Of a DNA stretch of 64,000 nucleotides, positions 13,077-24,800 are shown one piece after another. Both the position numbers and the translations under genes were made by a program. The number at the start of each line of letters is the position of its first letter. The stretch's first letter is position 1. The stretch comes from Microbotryum violaceum (Eukaryota). The notes below the pieces were generated by a model, which worked only from the letters and a program-made list of their open reading frames with translations, was not told the DNA's origin and ran no database searches. The stretch lies in contig CDLV01000007.1 of the NCBI GenBank assembly GCA_001244265.2, positions 434,001 through 498,000 of the forward strand, in the 5' to 3' direction.

Positions 13077-16000
13077 TGATTAAGCACACCATCATCACCT
13101 GGAACGTGAGGAGGGGCATGGGGGTCCCGGAGAAACGACGTGACATTTACAACTACCTATCCCTTTTCAAAGCATCGGCCATTCTCATACAAGAGCACTT
13201 CATCAGACCGCACCTCTGGCAACTCATCAAGGACGAGTACGAGGGCAAGCTCTTCATCAACCAACATTGTCTGACTCTAATTCCGGCTGACTCCCCCCTG
13301 ATCGACGCCGAGCTCTTGCGCACCCACTCGGCACTCGACGGCCGGCTCCTCGTCACGTCCTTTCGTCTGCGGGGCGACATCAAAATTCTAGAAATCAACA
13401 ACGTTTACGCGCCCGTTGACCCAAAGCAACGAGCGAAATTCTTTGACAAACTCTTATTTCACAAAACACAGAAATCCCACCTCCGACTCCTTGGCGGTGA
13501 TCTCAACGACTGCCCGCGCCCAGAAGTCGATCGGCGGAACCAAAGTCGGCGCGGCCACCACTGGCCAATCCTGATCGGCAAGCTCGACTCGGCCTACACG
13601 GACTGCATCCGCTACAAACACCCCATCACCCCATCCTTCACTCGCCTAATCCCAATCGCAAGCGACCCAACTCCTTCTCCCGGCTTGACTACTTTCTCCT
13701 GCAACGGACACACCAAAAAAGACTCGATCAGGCCTCGACGATCTACGACTATCCCAAGGAGCTTTCCGATCACCGACCGGTCTTGATTGTGCTGGCTCTC
13801 TCAGACGATCCTGATGCGACCCTCCCACAGCTCAGCCTACCTACCACATCAAACCAACTACATCGAATCAACACCACAACCTTTAAGACGGTGGAATTCC
13901 AGCGGATGATGGAAGGATGGTTGGAAGGGGCAAGCGGGGAGGAACCGGTGGGGGAGCTCGAGGTCATTCTGAAGGCGTGCAGGGATAGGGGTGGGGAGAT
14001 GGCGAGGAGGTTGCATCGGGAGCGGACGGAACGGATGGAGTATTTGGTGGGGAGGGTGCAGGATCTGGAGGCGATACCGGAATGGGGGAGGCGGAAACGG
14101 CAGAATGGACAAGGACGTCCGAGGAACTCAAGCGGGCGGTCGAGGAGCGCGCGCGCCTACTCCGGATCCGAGCCCACGTACCCGAGATCGCCTCCGAGGA
14201 ACGACTGTCGCGGCCGGTCCACGCCAAGCTCGCGGCGCGAAACTCGGACTCCAAGATCACAGCACTGCGCTTGAGCAACGGAGAGCTAACGCATGACATT
14301 GATGTCGCTCTTGACCACACGCAGGCGCATTTCCAGCGCCTCTACCACATCGAGCCTCGTGACCCGGACCGCGTCGACCGACTTCGGGACGATTTCCTCG
14401 CGCCGATCAGGGCGGCGCGGACTTGCGACGACCCGCGCTCGGATCCTCTCTTTCTGCGCCGACTCTCGGAATCCAGATCGACTTACTCCAGCGACCAATC
14501 ACCGAGGACGAGGTCGTGGCCGCGATCGGGACGACGCACCCGGGGCGATCGCCGGGACCGTCGGGCGTGCCCTACGAACTCTACCAGACCGCACCCAAGG
14601 CGTGGGCCAAGGTGCTGACCAAGGCCTACAACGCGATGATAGAGCGAGGCTCACTCTCTCCCAAGCAGGGCCAAGGACTCGTGCGCCTCATCTTCAAGCG
14701 ACACAAGAAGAATGCTGATCGCGCCGAACTTTCGGCGTACCGGCCGATCACCCTGCGCGAGTGCGATTACAAGATCTTTACCAAGGTCTATGTCGCCCGT
14801 TTGAACCAGATTCTACCGATCTCCTCCCGCCGCAGCAGCACGGATTCGTCAAGGACCGCCGATCGGCTGACGCTGCACTACACCTTCGTCTCCTGATCGA
14901 GGAAGTTGGCGCGCGCAGGACCGAGTTCCCCGCGGCCGCACTCTTATCTCTTGACCAATCGTCCGCCTACGACCTCGTCGAGCATGACTGGATCTTTGCC
15001 ATCTTTGACGCTCTGGGCGCTCCTGCCACCTTTCTTCGCGTGCTGAGGATGCTCTACTCGGGTGACTCGACCTCGGCCCGCTACATCATCAATGGGTTCT
15101 TGACGGCGCCGGTACGACTGACGTGTGGGCTCGGCCAAGGGGACCCGGCGTCGTCGTCGGTCTGGGACATCGTGTTTCAGCCGTTTCTGGATGCTCTACA
15201 CCGTCGAAACATCGCGCTGAATCTCTCCATACCTGCACTTCATCCGTACCCACAGAGCCGCGCCATTACATCGCTTGCTTTTGCCGATGACGTTGTCGTC
15301 GCCGTCGCGGGCTTGGGGTCACTCAACTTGCTCGATGACCTGGCGCTCGACTGGAGGCATGCAACGAATGGCCGGCTCAACACGGACAAGACGGTCGTCC
15401 TACCGATCGGACGCCGCTGGGACCCGGGGCAACGCCCGCTCGTCGTCAAGGCCGCAGGCGAGTCGCTCGAGTGGATCGGCCTCCCCTTCGACCCGAGCGG
15501 CGACACCGAACTCGCCTACGCGAATCTCATCGAACGCCTCGAGGCGACGCTGGAAGGGGTTCAGCATCGCTGGCTCACACACCACACCCGTGCCTTTTAC
15601 GTCAATCGGTACGCCATCCCCAAGATCCTGCACTTCCTTGCAGCCGACATCCCGCCGCCCGAAGTCGTCAAGAAGCTCGATGACATGCTCGTCGATTTCG
15701 TCCGTGGGGGCAAGGGCAGGACCAGCTACGGCAGAGATATCGTGTTCACAGCCAAGCTCAAGGGGGACTCGGGTGATCAGGATGCAGGACGTCGTGGACG
15801 CGGTTGCGGCACGGATCTGGGACGTTCTTCTCGGCGGTTCGGGCGCGATCTGGCAAGGACTTGCGCGCGTGGCACTCCAGCGAGCTCAGTCCGACCTCGA
15901 CCTGGCCACCGATCTCTGGCCACATCCATCCACTCCCATCCCCAGCGACCTCCATCCCCGATGGCGAGCAGCATTGGGGGTTCCGAAACAGCAAGACGCG

Positions 16001-17169
16001 CAGGTCAACCCGAGGACCTTGACCACCGCGAACCTGCTCGCGCTTCCCACCTTGCTCGGCAGCCTCCACACCCCCATCAGAGGGAGACAGACCATCGACG
16101 CGGTTCATATACCTGACTACCTTCGTCTCCAGGGCTACCCGAAGGTGGCGGATCTCTACCGGCGCGAGTTGTATGCGGGTGGGGGGTTTCACCTTTGGAC
16201 GCCGCCGGCGGATGTGCTCGGCGACAACAGCGAGTACGATCGACGCGGGCTCCCGCAGCGACTGGCAATCGCGGCCTGGTACCGGTTCACTGTCGATCGA
16301 CACAAGAACACGCCCTTGGCGGTGGCGGTGGCGGCAGGACGGCTCAACGTGCCTCCCCGGATCGGCACCAGCGCACCGCTCGAGGCGATTATCCCCAAGC
16401 CCGTGGCCCGCTTCGCAATGGAGCAGCGCCTTCCGGACCCGGTGCTTCCACAGCAGGCGAGCCAGTACAAGCTGCTGAACATGGCTCGACCGTACACCAT
16501 CCGTCGCATCCGCCGGGTCCTGAACGCGAAGGCCTTTACCAACACGCTCGGGCTCAAGGGACCACCGCAGCCGGACGACCTCAGGAGCTTTTGGAAGGCG
16601 GTCAACTCGAAGGCACTGACGGCGAGGGAGAGGGAAGTTTGGTTCAAGCTGATTCTCCGCTTCACCCCGACGCGCAAGCTGCAACACCAACAGAATCACG
16701 ACACTTCTCCCGCGTGCCTCGTCTGCGAGGCGCCGGTGGACGACACCGACCACTACTTTTTCGACTGCGTTGACTCTGGGAACGTTTGGATCGCGGCAAG
16801 GAGCGTGCTCTGCGACGCACTGGGGCTCGACACGATCGACAACACGCATTACACGGCTGTTCAACGCATGTTCGGACTTCCGAAGCTCAAGGCCAGTCTA
16901 CGCGATCAAGAAGGAGCGGGAGGACGATCGAAATATTCACCGGGCTGGTCTTGGAGATGATCAGCAGCGGGAGGTGGGGGATGCAGAAGTGGGGGACGAG
17001 GACGGAGGGTGTTGGGAGAAGGAGGATCATCTTGGAGGAGAGGTTGAAGCTGAGGGCGGGAGGAGCTTGGGGAGGAGAGGGCAGTAGAGGCTGGGTTCGA
17101 CTTTCCCCCACCACCACCACACACACACACCAAACTCTCGTGACATCATTTTCTCCTACTGTACACTAA
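13076..17169 (+). CDS. LINE family A ORF2 (AP endonuclease - reverse transcriptase - CCHC finger), several frameshifts as assembled
   Basis: ITWNVR, LIQEH, NVYAP, GGDLND, SRLDY and SDHRPV (APE); SPGPSG, YRPITL, QHGF, GLGQGDP and AFADD (RT); CLVC...HYFFDC. Confidence 0.9.
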
Positions 17170-17742
17170 ATAGATCGCTTTCATCTTTCATTTGTTACAG
17201 GTTCACCGTTGCGGATCATGGACCATCTCGCGATTTGGCGTCGACTCGGTGTGGCTCGCGCTCTTCGGCTTCGGGGTTCTGAGTCAAGGGAGGGATCAGC
17301 GGACACAGGCAGAAAGTCGGCTTTGAGGGGCCAGGGACTGCCGATGGGGAGGTTTTGAGGGACCTTCACCGCGTCTTGTTGTGACTGAGCAGAGACTTGG
17401 AGCGTCGAGGGTCGTGGTGGTTGCGCAGTCGTGCTCTTGTCTTCGTCTCGACCGAGTGGGAAGTGGCTGTGGGGTGGGCCTTCTGTCGTTAGTACATTTC
17501 TTTTCTTTCTTTTTTTCTCTTCATCTCTCTTTCTCTCTCTCATTAGTCTCCTGGGGGGGAGCAACCGCTTGGCTAGGGCATTTGAATCCGAATCTCGGAT
17601 TGGTGGACTTGGCTCGTTTCTCGCACTTTTGCGGGCGGTTTGTGTTATCATCGTAGTCTTCCATCTAGTTTTTTTCCGTAGGCCAAAACAGGGGGAACAG
17701 GAACTGGGGGCAATATGATGAACGTTTTCTACAAAAAAAAAA

Positions 17743-19577
17743 GTCACAGTTCCAACCATCAAGTCCGAACTCCTTACGCTCCCGAATTGCTCTCGCTTCC
17801 GCCTCGCCTCCCTTCACTCTATGCTGAAGGTGCCAAGCACGCATATGACGATGCGGACGCAGTGGCGAAGTTTGCGCAGATCGCGGACCTGTACTGGAGG
17901 GACGAAGGGAAGGGCTGGGCTCTGGTTGGTCATCGACGCGGGTTCTGGCAGCACTCTAAGGAACCCGCCCTACAGCACGAGCACGTGTGGTCGCGCGTGG
18001 GTCAGTTGCTCAAGGCGAAAGCCTTGCTGCCCAAGACCGCGTTGCGACCTGCTCGGATACCTCTCAAGGAGGCTCCCCGTCCTCGGTGCTTCAACTTCTT
18101 TGGGCTCACCCGACCGTTCACTATTCGCAAGCTTCGTCGGCTTGTGAACGTGGTTCGGTTCCCAGGGAGGGAGGATCGTGTCAAGCGTTTCCGTGATGGG
18201 ACTTCTCAGAGCGATAGGAAGCGCTTCTGGAGATGGCTTCATGACCGGTTTGCGTCTGCTGTGGAGCAGGACACCCACTGGCGGCTCATGTACGACGTGA
18301 CGCCGACGCGCAAGAGGCAGCATACTCAGGGTCATGCCTCTTCGCCGACGTGTCTGTTCTGCGGCAACGATGCAGCGGTCATCGAGACGGTGTCGCACTA
18401 CTTTTTCGAGTGCGCGTACTCGACCAGCTTCTGGGGTGGGGTGCTTCGCATTCTGTTCGACAAGCTGGGCATCGAGGATACCGACGTCGATCCGTCGACG
18501 TTCACTCCGGAGCAGCTGACTATGGGGCTCCCCCTTTTGCGGGGTCGTGGGAGAACGACCTCGAGATGGATGTGGGTTCGGCTGGCCTGCGCGATCGGCT
18601 TCCAGCGGCTGCACCTGCTCCGCTGGCGCGTTCATCAGCGGTTCGAGAAGGACCGCGTCGTGGCCCCTCCCTCGATCCCCAGTGCACTCAGAGCGTTCGA
18701 GCGAGATTTTCTCTCTCGAGCGGGTTTTGTGCCTGGGGCTCGAGATTGGGAGGTGTGATGACCGACGGTTTTTTGTTCTTGGGTGGATCGGCAAGCCAGG
18801 TCGATTGTCTTTGCGTTGGAGGCTTTGTGAAGTTTTTCCCTCTCCTTTCCCCCCTTTTTTTCCCTTCCCTTCCTCTTCTCGTTCCTGTTGCTCGGTTGTT
18901 GACTACGCTTCAGCCACTTTTCCTTTTACTCCTAAGCCGTGTGTTGGATTCCGTTGAATGGTTCGTTCGTTCGCGTTGGTCAAGATCTACGGCATGGCTC
19001 GGGAAGGAAGGTCGCTCGTTTCTGGTCAATATCCTCGCGTCAAGGCGAGGCTCGTTTCGTTGTTCTGGATCGCTTTTCTCTCGGCCCCGACGGCTCAACA
19101 GCCAGCACTCGAGATTCAGCCAAGGGAGGACATCAGGCGCGGTCGGGGTGACGAGTAGCTGGGGCTTGGCTGCGGCCTGTTAGTCCCTGGGGACCTCTAC
19201 CTCCGGCTTCGACCCCCTACCTTGGCCCCTCGGGTGTGTTCCCCTCCTCTCTGTCTTAGTATTCCTGGTTCTCCGTATCCCCAGTTGTGACTTTCTGTAT
19301 ACTCTCCCCCTTCTTTCTCTAGGCGCTCTTGCCTGGTTTTCGAGTATCTTTGCTCCCGCTCTTGGGACGTGAAGCGGCAGCAGTACTCACCGCCCGTTGG
19401 AGTCCGCGTTAGGTGCTCGGCGGGTTTTGATCTGCGCAGCGCTCTTTGCGCGCAGGGGTTTGACTTTCACCCAACTGCTTGCCGTCGTTGCTTTATAACC
19501 TCCTTTAGCCTTTTTGTAGCGGTCCCAGCCAACCCGAAGGATTGCAATTTATGAGCCCCAGTCAAAAAAAAAAAAAA
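17743..19577 (+). mobile_element. 5'-truncated family B copy; its first 12 bp lie at 10663-10674, split off by element A
   Basis: Near-identical to 24839-26812; ends in A14 at 19564-19577. Confidence 0.93.
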
Positions 19578-19582
19578 CGCAT

Positions 19583-20026
19583 GGGAGGGATCAGCGGACA
19601 CAGGCAGAAAGTCGGCTTTGAGGGGCCAGGGACTGCCGATGGGGGAGGTTTTGAGGGACCTTCACCGCGTCTTGTTGTGACTGAGCAGAGACTTGGAGCG
19701 TCGAGGGTCGTGGTGGTTGCGCAGTCGTGCTCTTGTCTTCGTCTCGACCGAGTGGGAAGTGGCTGTGGGGTGGGCCTTCTGTCGTTAGTACATTTCTTTT
19801 CTTTCTTTTTCTCTTCATCTCTCTTTCTCTCTCTCATTAGTCTCCGGGGGGGAGCAACCGCTTGGCTAGGGCATTTGAATCCGAATCTCGGATTGGTGGA
19901 CTTGGCTCGTTTCTCGCACTTTTGCGGGCGGTTTGTGTTATCATCGTAGTCTTCCATCTAGTTTTTCCGTAGGCCAAAACAGGGGGAACAGGAACTGGGG
20001 CAATATGATGAACGTTTTCTACCAAA

Positions 20027-20030
<4 letters not shown>
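19583..20030 (+). mobile_element. 5'-truncated family A copy (3' UTR only)
   Basis: Near-identical to about 17288-17732; ends in an A7 tail. Confidence 0.92.

Positions 20031-20086
<56 letters not shown>
20031..20086 (+). repeat. (CA)28 leader of family B element
   Basis: Perfect dinucleotide repeat. Confidence 0.97.
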
Positions 20087-20088
<2 letters not shown>

Positions 20089-20161
20089 GTGTGTACCGTC
20101 GTGTAGTGTGTACAGTCGCCCACCAACCGCTTCAAGAGCTACAGGACGACGACAAGAAGTG

Positions 20162-21865
20162 ATGCCGGATCCGCCCGGCCCACCCCCGCACCCGCCCAAC
20201 GCTCCGTGGGCTGGTGACGTGTTGAGAGATGAATCACTCAACACGGAAACCCGTGAGACGGTCACTGGAGGAACCGTTAATCCTCCAGCCTGGTCTGCCC
20301 AGGCTTCTCAGGCTCGATTGGACCATGAGAAGTCGATGCAGAAGGCTTTCAAAGCCCTTGGCATCGTACCATCCTCCAAGTCGACCCGCCGGCTGATGGT
20401 ACTGTTGCATGACCCTTCCAGCCCGCCTTCGCAGGCGCCGGCTCTCGCACGAGCTGCTCAAAGGGCGGTACGAAACGACGCGATGCCGGCCTCCAACGTG
20501 ATCCGAGTCATCATGGATGGTACTGGGTCCCCAAGAGGCCCTGTACAGATTGCGCTGCGTAAGCACTTTGGGCTGGCCGAGACGCCATTCATGTTCGCGC
20601 GGCCCGAGGGCGCCGAGCTTGACCCCGAGGTCGAGAAGCTCTTCTCGAAATGTGTGAAGCTGAACCCGATCGTGACGAAGGCAACGAAGAGGTTCCCGAT
20701 TGCTCGTCATATGTACGAGCTCGTGTTCGAATCCGACCAGGCCTGTCTCGAAGCCGCTGCAGCGGGTCCATTCCCCTATCACGGAAAAGAGATGGTCACC
20801 GAGCTCCCGAGTGTTTCCCCCCTAAACCACATCGTCCAGGTGCGATTCACCTTACCCTCCTCTTCCAGCGCGATTCCCGCTTCCGTGCTCCGAAAATCTC
20901 TCGACGCTGCTCTCACTTCCTCCTTCGGCCACGCTGGTTGCACGCAAGGGTATACCCTCATGCAATTACAGCGGGGCCTCGCGGTCGATCCGAACGGTGA
21001 CCCGATGGCCATGACCGAAGACGGGTTCCACTGCGCGTACCTTCGCTTACATGCTGATCTTTTCCAAGGCTCCACCGAGACGCAGAAGGCTGCGCTCAAC
21101 GCCGCCTTGCCACAAGAGATCGAGATCCTGGGCGCCAAGTACGGCTTGCGACACGAATTTGAGACGCACTACTGCGCCGTGTGCGATCGCGCCGGACACC
21201 AGTGGGGGGCTTGCAGGAAGCCGGTTTCGACTCCGGCCACCGCCGCCCCTGTTCCGGGGGCCTCGACTTCGACTTCGACTTCGACTTCGACCACCGGCTT
21301 CCGAGTTGCCGGAAAGAATGGGAAGCACGGTGGGCCTGCCGCATTGAACTCTCGTGCCTCTGGCACGAACATGATCCAGCTGGGACCTCGTGCTAACCCC
21401 GCAGGTGCAGCGACCGGCAACAAGGACGATGCGAACGACGGCGACGGTGACGACGACGACGACGACGGCGAATCGGTCGCTTCGACCGAACCGGAGGGCG
21501 GCGACACTGGGAAAGAGATGTTGACCCGTGCGACCACGGGCCCAACAAAGGAGACGCAGACGACGACAGCGGCGCCCGTTTCGACCCCGACCTCTCCTTC
21601 GCCTTCTACTTCTGCTCCGGCATCGCCTATGTCCGGTGGCACGTCGGAATCATCGGCAACCGCGACGACCTCGATAGCCTCGACGAGTCCTCGACGCCTT
21701 CGTTCGAGCTCGGCACCCGGCAACCGACGTGTCACCCGGGCGGGATCCGCCATGATCCACGGTGCATCAGGGGGTGACGACTCAGGGGGCAACAGTTCAG
21801 GGGGTCACAGGTCCGAGATGACCGAATTCGAGGGGGCGGCGCTGATCCAATTTATTCATGATTGA
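20162..21865 (+). CDS. LINE family B ORF1
   Basis: MPDPPGPPP start, CX2CX4HX4C knuckle CAVCDRAGHQWGAC, disordered tail. Its stop overlaps the ORF2 start (ATGATTGA). Confidence 0.85.
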   Translation: MPDPPGPPPHPPNAPWAGDVLRDESLNTETRETVTGGTVNPPAWSAQASQARLDHEKSMQKAFKALGIVPSSKSTRRLMVLLHDPSSPPSQAPALARAAQRAVRNDAMPASNVIRVIMDGTGSPRGPVQIALRKHFGLAETPFMFARPEGAELDPEVEKLFSKCVKLNPIVTKATKRFPIARHMYELVFESDQACLEAAAAGPFPYHGKEMVTELPSVSPLNHIVQVRFTLPSSSSAIPASVLRKSLDAALTSSFGHAGCTQGYTLMQLQRGLAVDPNGDPMAMTEDGFHCAYLRLHADLFQGSTETQKAALNAALPQEIEILGAKYGLRHEFETHYCAVCDRAGHQWGACRKPVSTPATAAPVPGASTSTSTSTSTTGFRVAGKNGKHGGPAALNSRASGTNMIQLGPRANPAGAATGNKDDANDGDGDDDDDDGESVASTEPEGGDTGKEMLTRATTGPTKETQTTTAAPVSTPTSPSPSTSAPASPMSGGTSESSATATTSIASTSPRRLRSSSAPGNRRVTRAGSAMIHGASGGDDSGGNSSGGHRSEMTEFEGAALIQFIHD

Positions 21866-24800
21866 GTCCCTCACCGTGTTGACGTTCAACGTCCGATCGA
21901 TCAAGAACGCAGTCAACCAAGTCAAAATCATCCGCTATCTCAAAACCCTTCGGCCGGCCCCTGCGGCCATTCTCCTGCAAGAGCACCACCTCAGCTACAA
22001 CGCGTTGCGCGAAGGCTTCGAGATTGCTTGGCCAGGAGCTTGTATTCGTTTCGCACCTCATGTCCTTACCCTTATACCCGATGGCTCACCTCTGGCGGGC
22101 CGCCTCCTCTCCTCTACCCCGGTCGTGTTTGCAGAAGCCCCTCAATTCGACGGTCGGATCCTGCGCTCGGTGTTTCGTCTTGAGGAGCTCGATATCGAGA
22201 TCATCAACATGTATGCGCCGGTCAAGGGGGAAGAACGTCGCGACTTCTACGGGCTCCTGCACTTCACCGCTCCGGGGCCCAAGACTCTTCGGATCTTGGC
22301 CGGCGATCTCAATGATTGTCCGGATGTATCGGTCGACCGAGTGGCCATCACCGATCGCGCTTGGACTCCTGTATCGCACTGGCAGACCTTGCTGTCAAAG
22401 ATCGCATTCAACCCACTCGACACGATCCGACAACTCCATCCCATCACCCCGGCATTCACTCGCCCTCACTACCTTGGTAGGGGGACAAACGAGAAATCTG
22501 CTCGTGGTCGCGGATCGATTATATCCTTGTCCAGCGCAGTTGGGCAAACCGGTTGTTGAGCGCTTCCACACTTTTCGATGCGCCCTGCTCGGACCACAGA
22601 CCTGTAGTTGCGACTTTCGCATTGCCTACATCGAACGCTGATGCCGAACCCCCCTTTCTCTTCCCTCTACGAGCGATTTCATTTCGAGGCTCAACCCAAC
22701 GGTCTTTGACGATCAAGACTTTGTCGCATCGATTCCCGGGTCGTCGACGAGGTCTATCGAAGGCTGGAGGGGACCGTTCCGCTCGGCGACGTCTATGACG
22801 CCGCTCTGCGGGCGGTTGCAGTCGCTGGCCATGCACGATACCGCTCGACTCGTGCCGACATGCGCCGACTGCGGGCCGAGAACCAATCCGTCATGGAGGC
22901 TTTGGAGGCACGCGGTGAGCACATGAATGAGGCCGAGCGCGATGCGTATGCTTTTGCCAAGTCGCGGTTGGACCAGTTGGCGGTAAAGGAGGCACAGTGG
23001 CTGCGCATTCGTGCGCATGTGCCGTCAGTCGACTCGAGGAAGGTCAATCGGCAAGCATTCGCACGCGTCTCAACCGCCGGAGTCGCCAGACGAGCATCGT
23101 CTCGCTGGAGGATGTGGATGGCACCGAGACCGTTGACATGCAGGAGGCGCTGGGCATTGCTTCACGGCACGCACAGTCGCTCTTCACGCCGGACCCAGCT
23201 CGTGGCGACCCGACGAACCCACGTCGGTCCCTGCTCGACCCCATTCGCGCGGCGAAATGCTACGATGACGACCGCTCGGACCCTACGTTCGGTCGTCGGC
23301 TGCCTCGTCAAGCGAGAGTGGCGCTTGACGAGCCCTTCACCCTCCTCGAGGTTGAAGCGGCGTTGAAGAAGACGGATTCGGGGCGATCACCGGGGCCCTC
23401 GGGCATTCCGTACGAGCTCTTCAAGGCGCTGCCAACCTACTTTGCTCCCAAGCTGTTGGATTTGTTCAACTCGATTTGGGAGGGGGGTAAAATGACGGCG
23501 TCCTTGGCAGAGGGGCTGGTGCGGCTTTTGCCCAAGAACAAACCGGGGGCCAATCTGAAATCACTGGGGGCATATCGACCGATCACACTGCGCGAGACAA
23601 CCTACAAGGTCCTCAGCAAGGTCTTGGTGGCGCGACTCAATGGGGTGCTCGGCGAGCTTTTGCCGCCGGCGCAACACGGGTTCATGCCATCAAGACGTTC
23701 AGCAGACGCGGGAAGTCATCTCACTCTCCTTCTCGAAAAACTCAAGTCGCTAGGCACTGAAGTTTTCCCCGAGGGCGCCCTCTTGTCCTTGGATCAGCAG
23801 AGCGCGTACGATCGGGTCGATCACGCATGGATCTTCGACGTCTTCGAGGCCTTTGGCTTTGGTGAGCGTTTCATTTCCCTGCTGCGCGCTCTGTACGATC
23901 CCGAGACTCTGGGGGTGCGCTACCTCATCAATGGGTTCCCCACGGAGTTGGTGCGGTTGCTGTGTGGTCTCGGTCAGGGGGATCCCCTCTCGTTCCCGGT
24001 TTGGAACATCACGTTCCAGCCCTTCCTCGACGCCCTCGTTCGGCGCGGGATCGCGCTCGACCTGCAGAAGGTGTGGCCAGGGGGGCCGCGTGCGCAGCTT
24101 ACGCATCTGGCGTTTGCCGACGATGCTGTGGTGGTGGTGGAGTCACCGGCGGCATTGTCGAAGCTGGAAACGCTGTCGCAGACGTGGTACGAGGCAACCA
24201 ACGGGAAGACCAACACGGACAAGACGCTGGTGCTACCACTCGGACCGAACTGGCTTCGGGACGAGACTGCGCAGGCGCTGCCAACGGTGCAGGAGGGGGA
24301 GAGCTTCAAGTGGTGCGGCTATGCCTTCTTTCGCCACGGTGACTCGAAACTGTTTTGGACCCATGTTCTTGACAGGATCAAGGCCAAGACCCGCGCCGCT
24401 GGAGACCGGACACTTTCGCCGAGTGGGAAGGTCTTCTATGCCAACGCTCACATCATCTCGACGGTCCTCCACGTGCTGTCCTTCGACATACCGCCTCAAT
24501 GGTTCATTAAGGCGGCGGAGACAGCACTTACGGATTTTGTCTGGGGAGGAGCAGGGCGAAATACCGTCGCTCGCGATTTCGTGTTCCAGGCTCGGGAGGA
24601 CGGTGGCTTGGGCTTGATTTCAATCGGCGACATCGTTCATTCGGTGGCGCTTCGATTTTGGGATGCTGTGGCGGGCTCGAACGAGGCGATCTGGGCGCCC
24701 CTAGCTCGCGAGAGCTGGAGGTCCCTCGTCGCTGCGACCCGCGATTTCAGTCCGTGGGGGTTCTTCAGCAGCACGGCTCGGGTCGAGAAGCTGTATCGCG

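Larger units (their letters stand above)
10675..17742 (+). mobile_element. Full-length non-LTR retrotransposon, family A (L1/Tx1-like)
   Basis: (CTTCA)n leader, ORF1 with zinc knuckle, ORF2 with APE-RT-CCHC, about 0.55 kb 3' UTR, A10 tail at 17733-17742. Confidence 0.93.

Noticed and set aside
17095-17546. Possible introns in the family A 3' region (GTTCGA...TTACAG; GTACAT...CATTAG)
   Set aside because: All A copies that cover these segments retain them, so there is no direct support.
17715-18758. 347-aa ORF as an independent gene
   Set aside because: Chance fusion of the family A 3' end and poly(A) to the truncated family B ORF2.
17288-20030. Direct repeats (17288-17732 vs 19583-20023; 18760-19563 vs 25856-26812) as LTRs
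   Set aside because: They are LINE 3' UTRs ending in poly(A). I found no TG...CA ends, PBS, integrase or protease.
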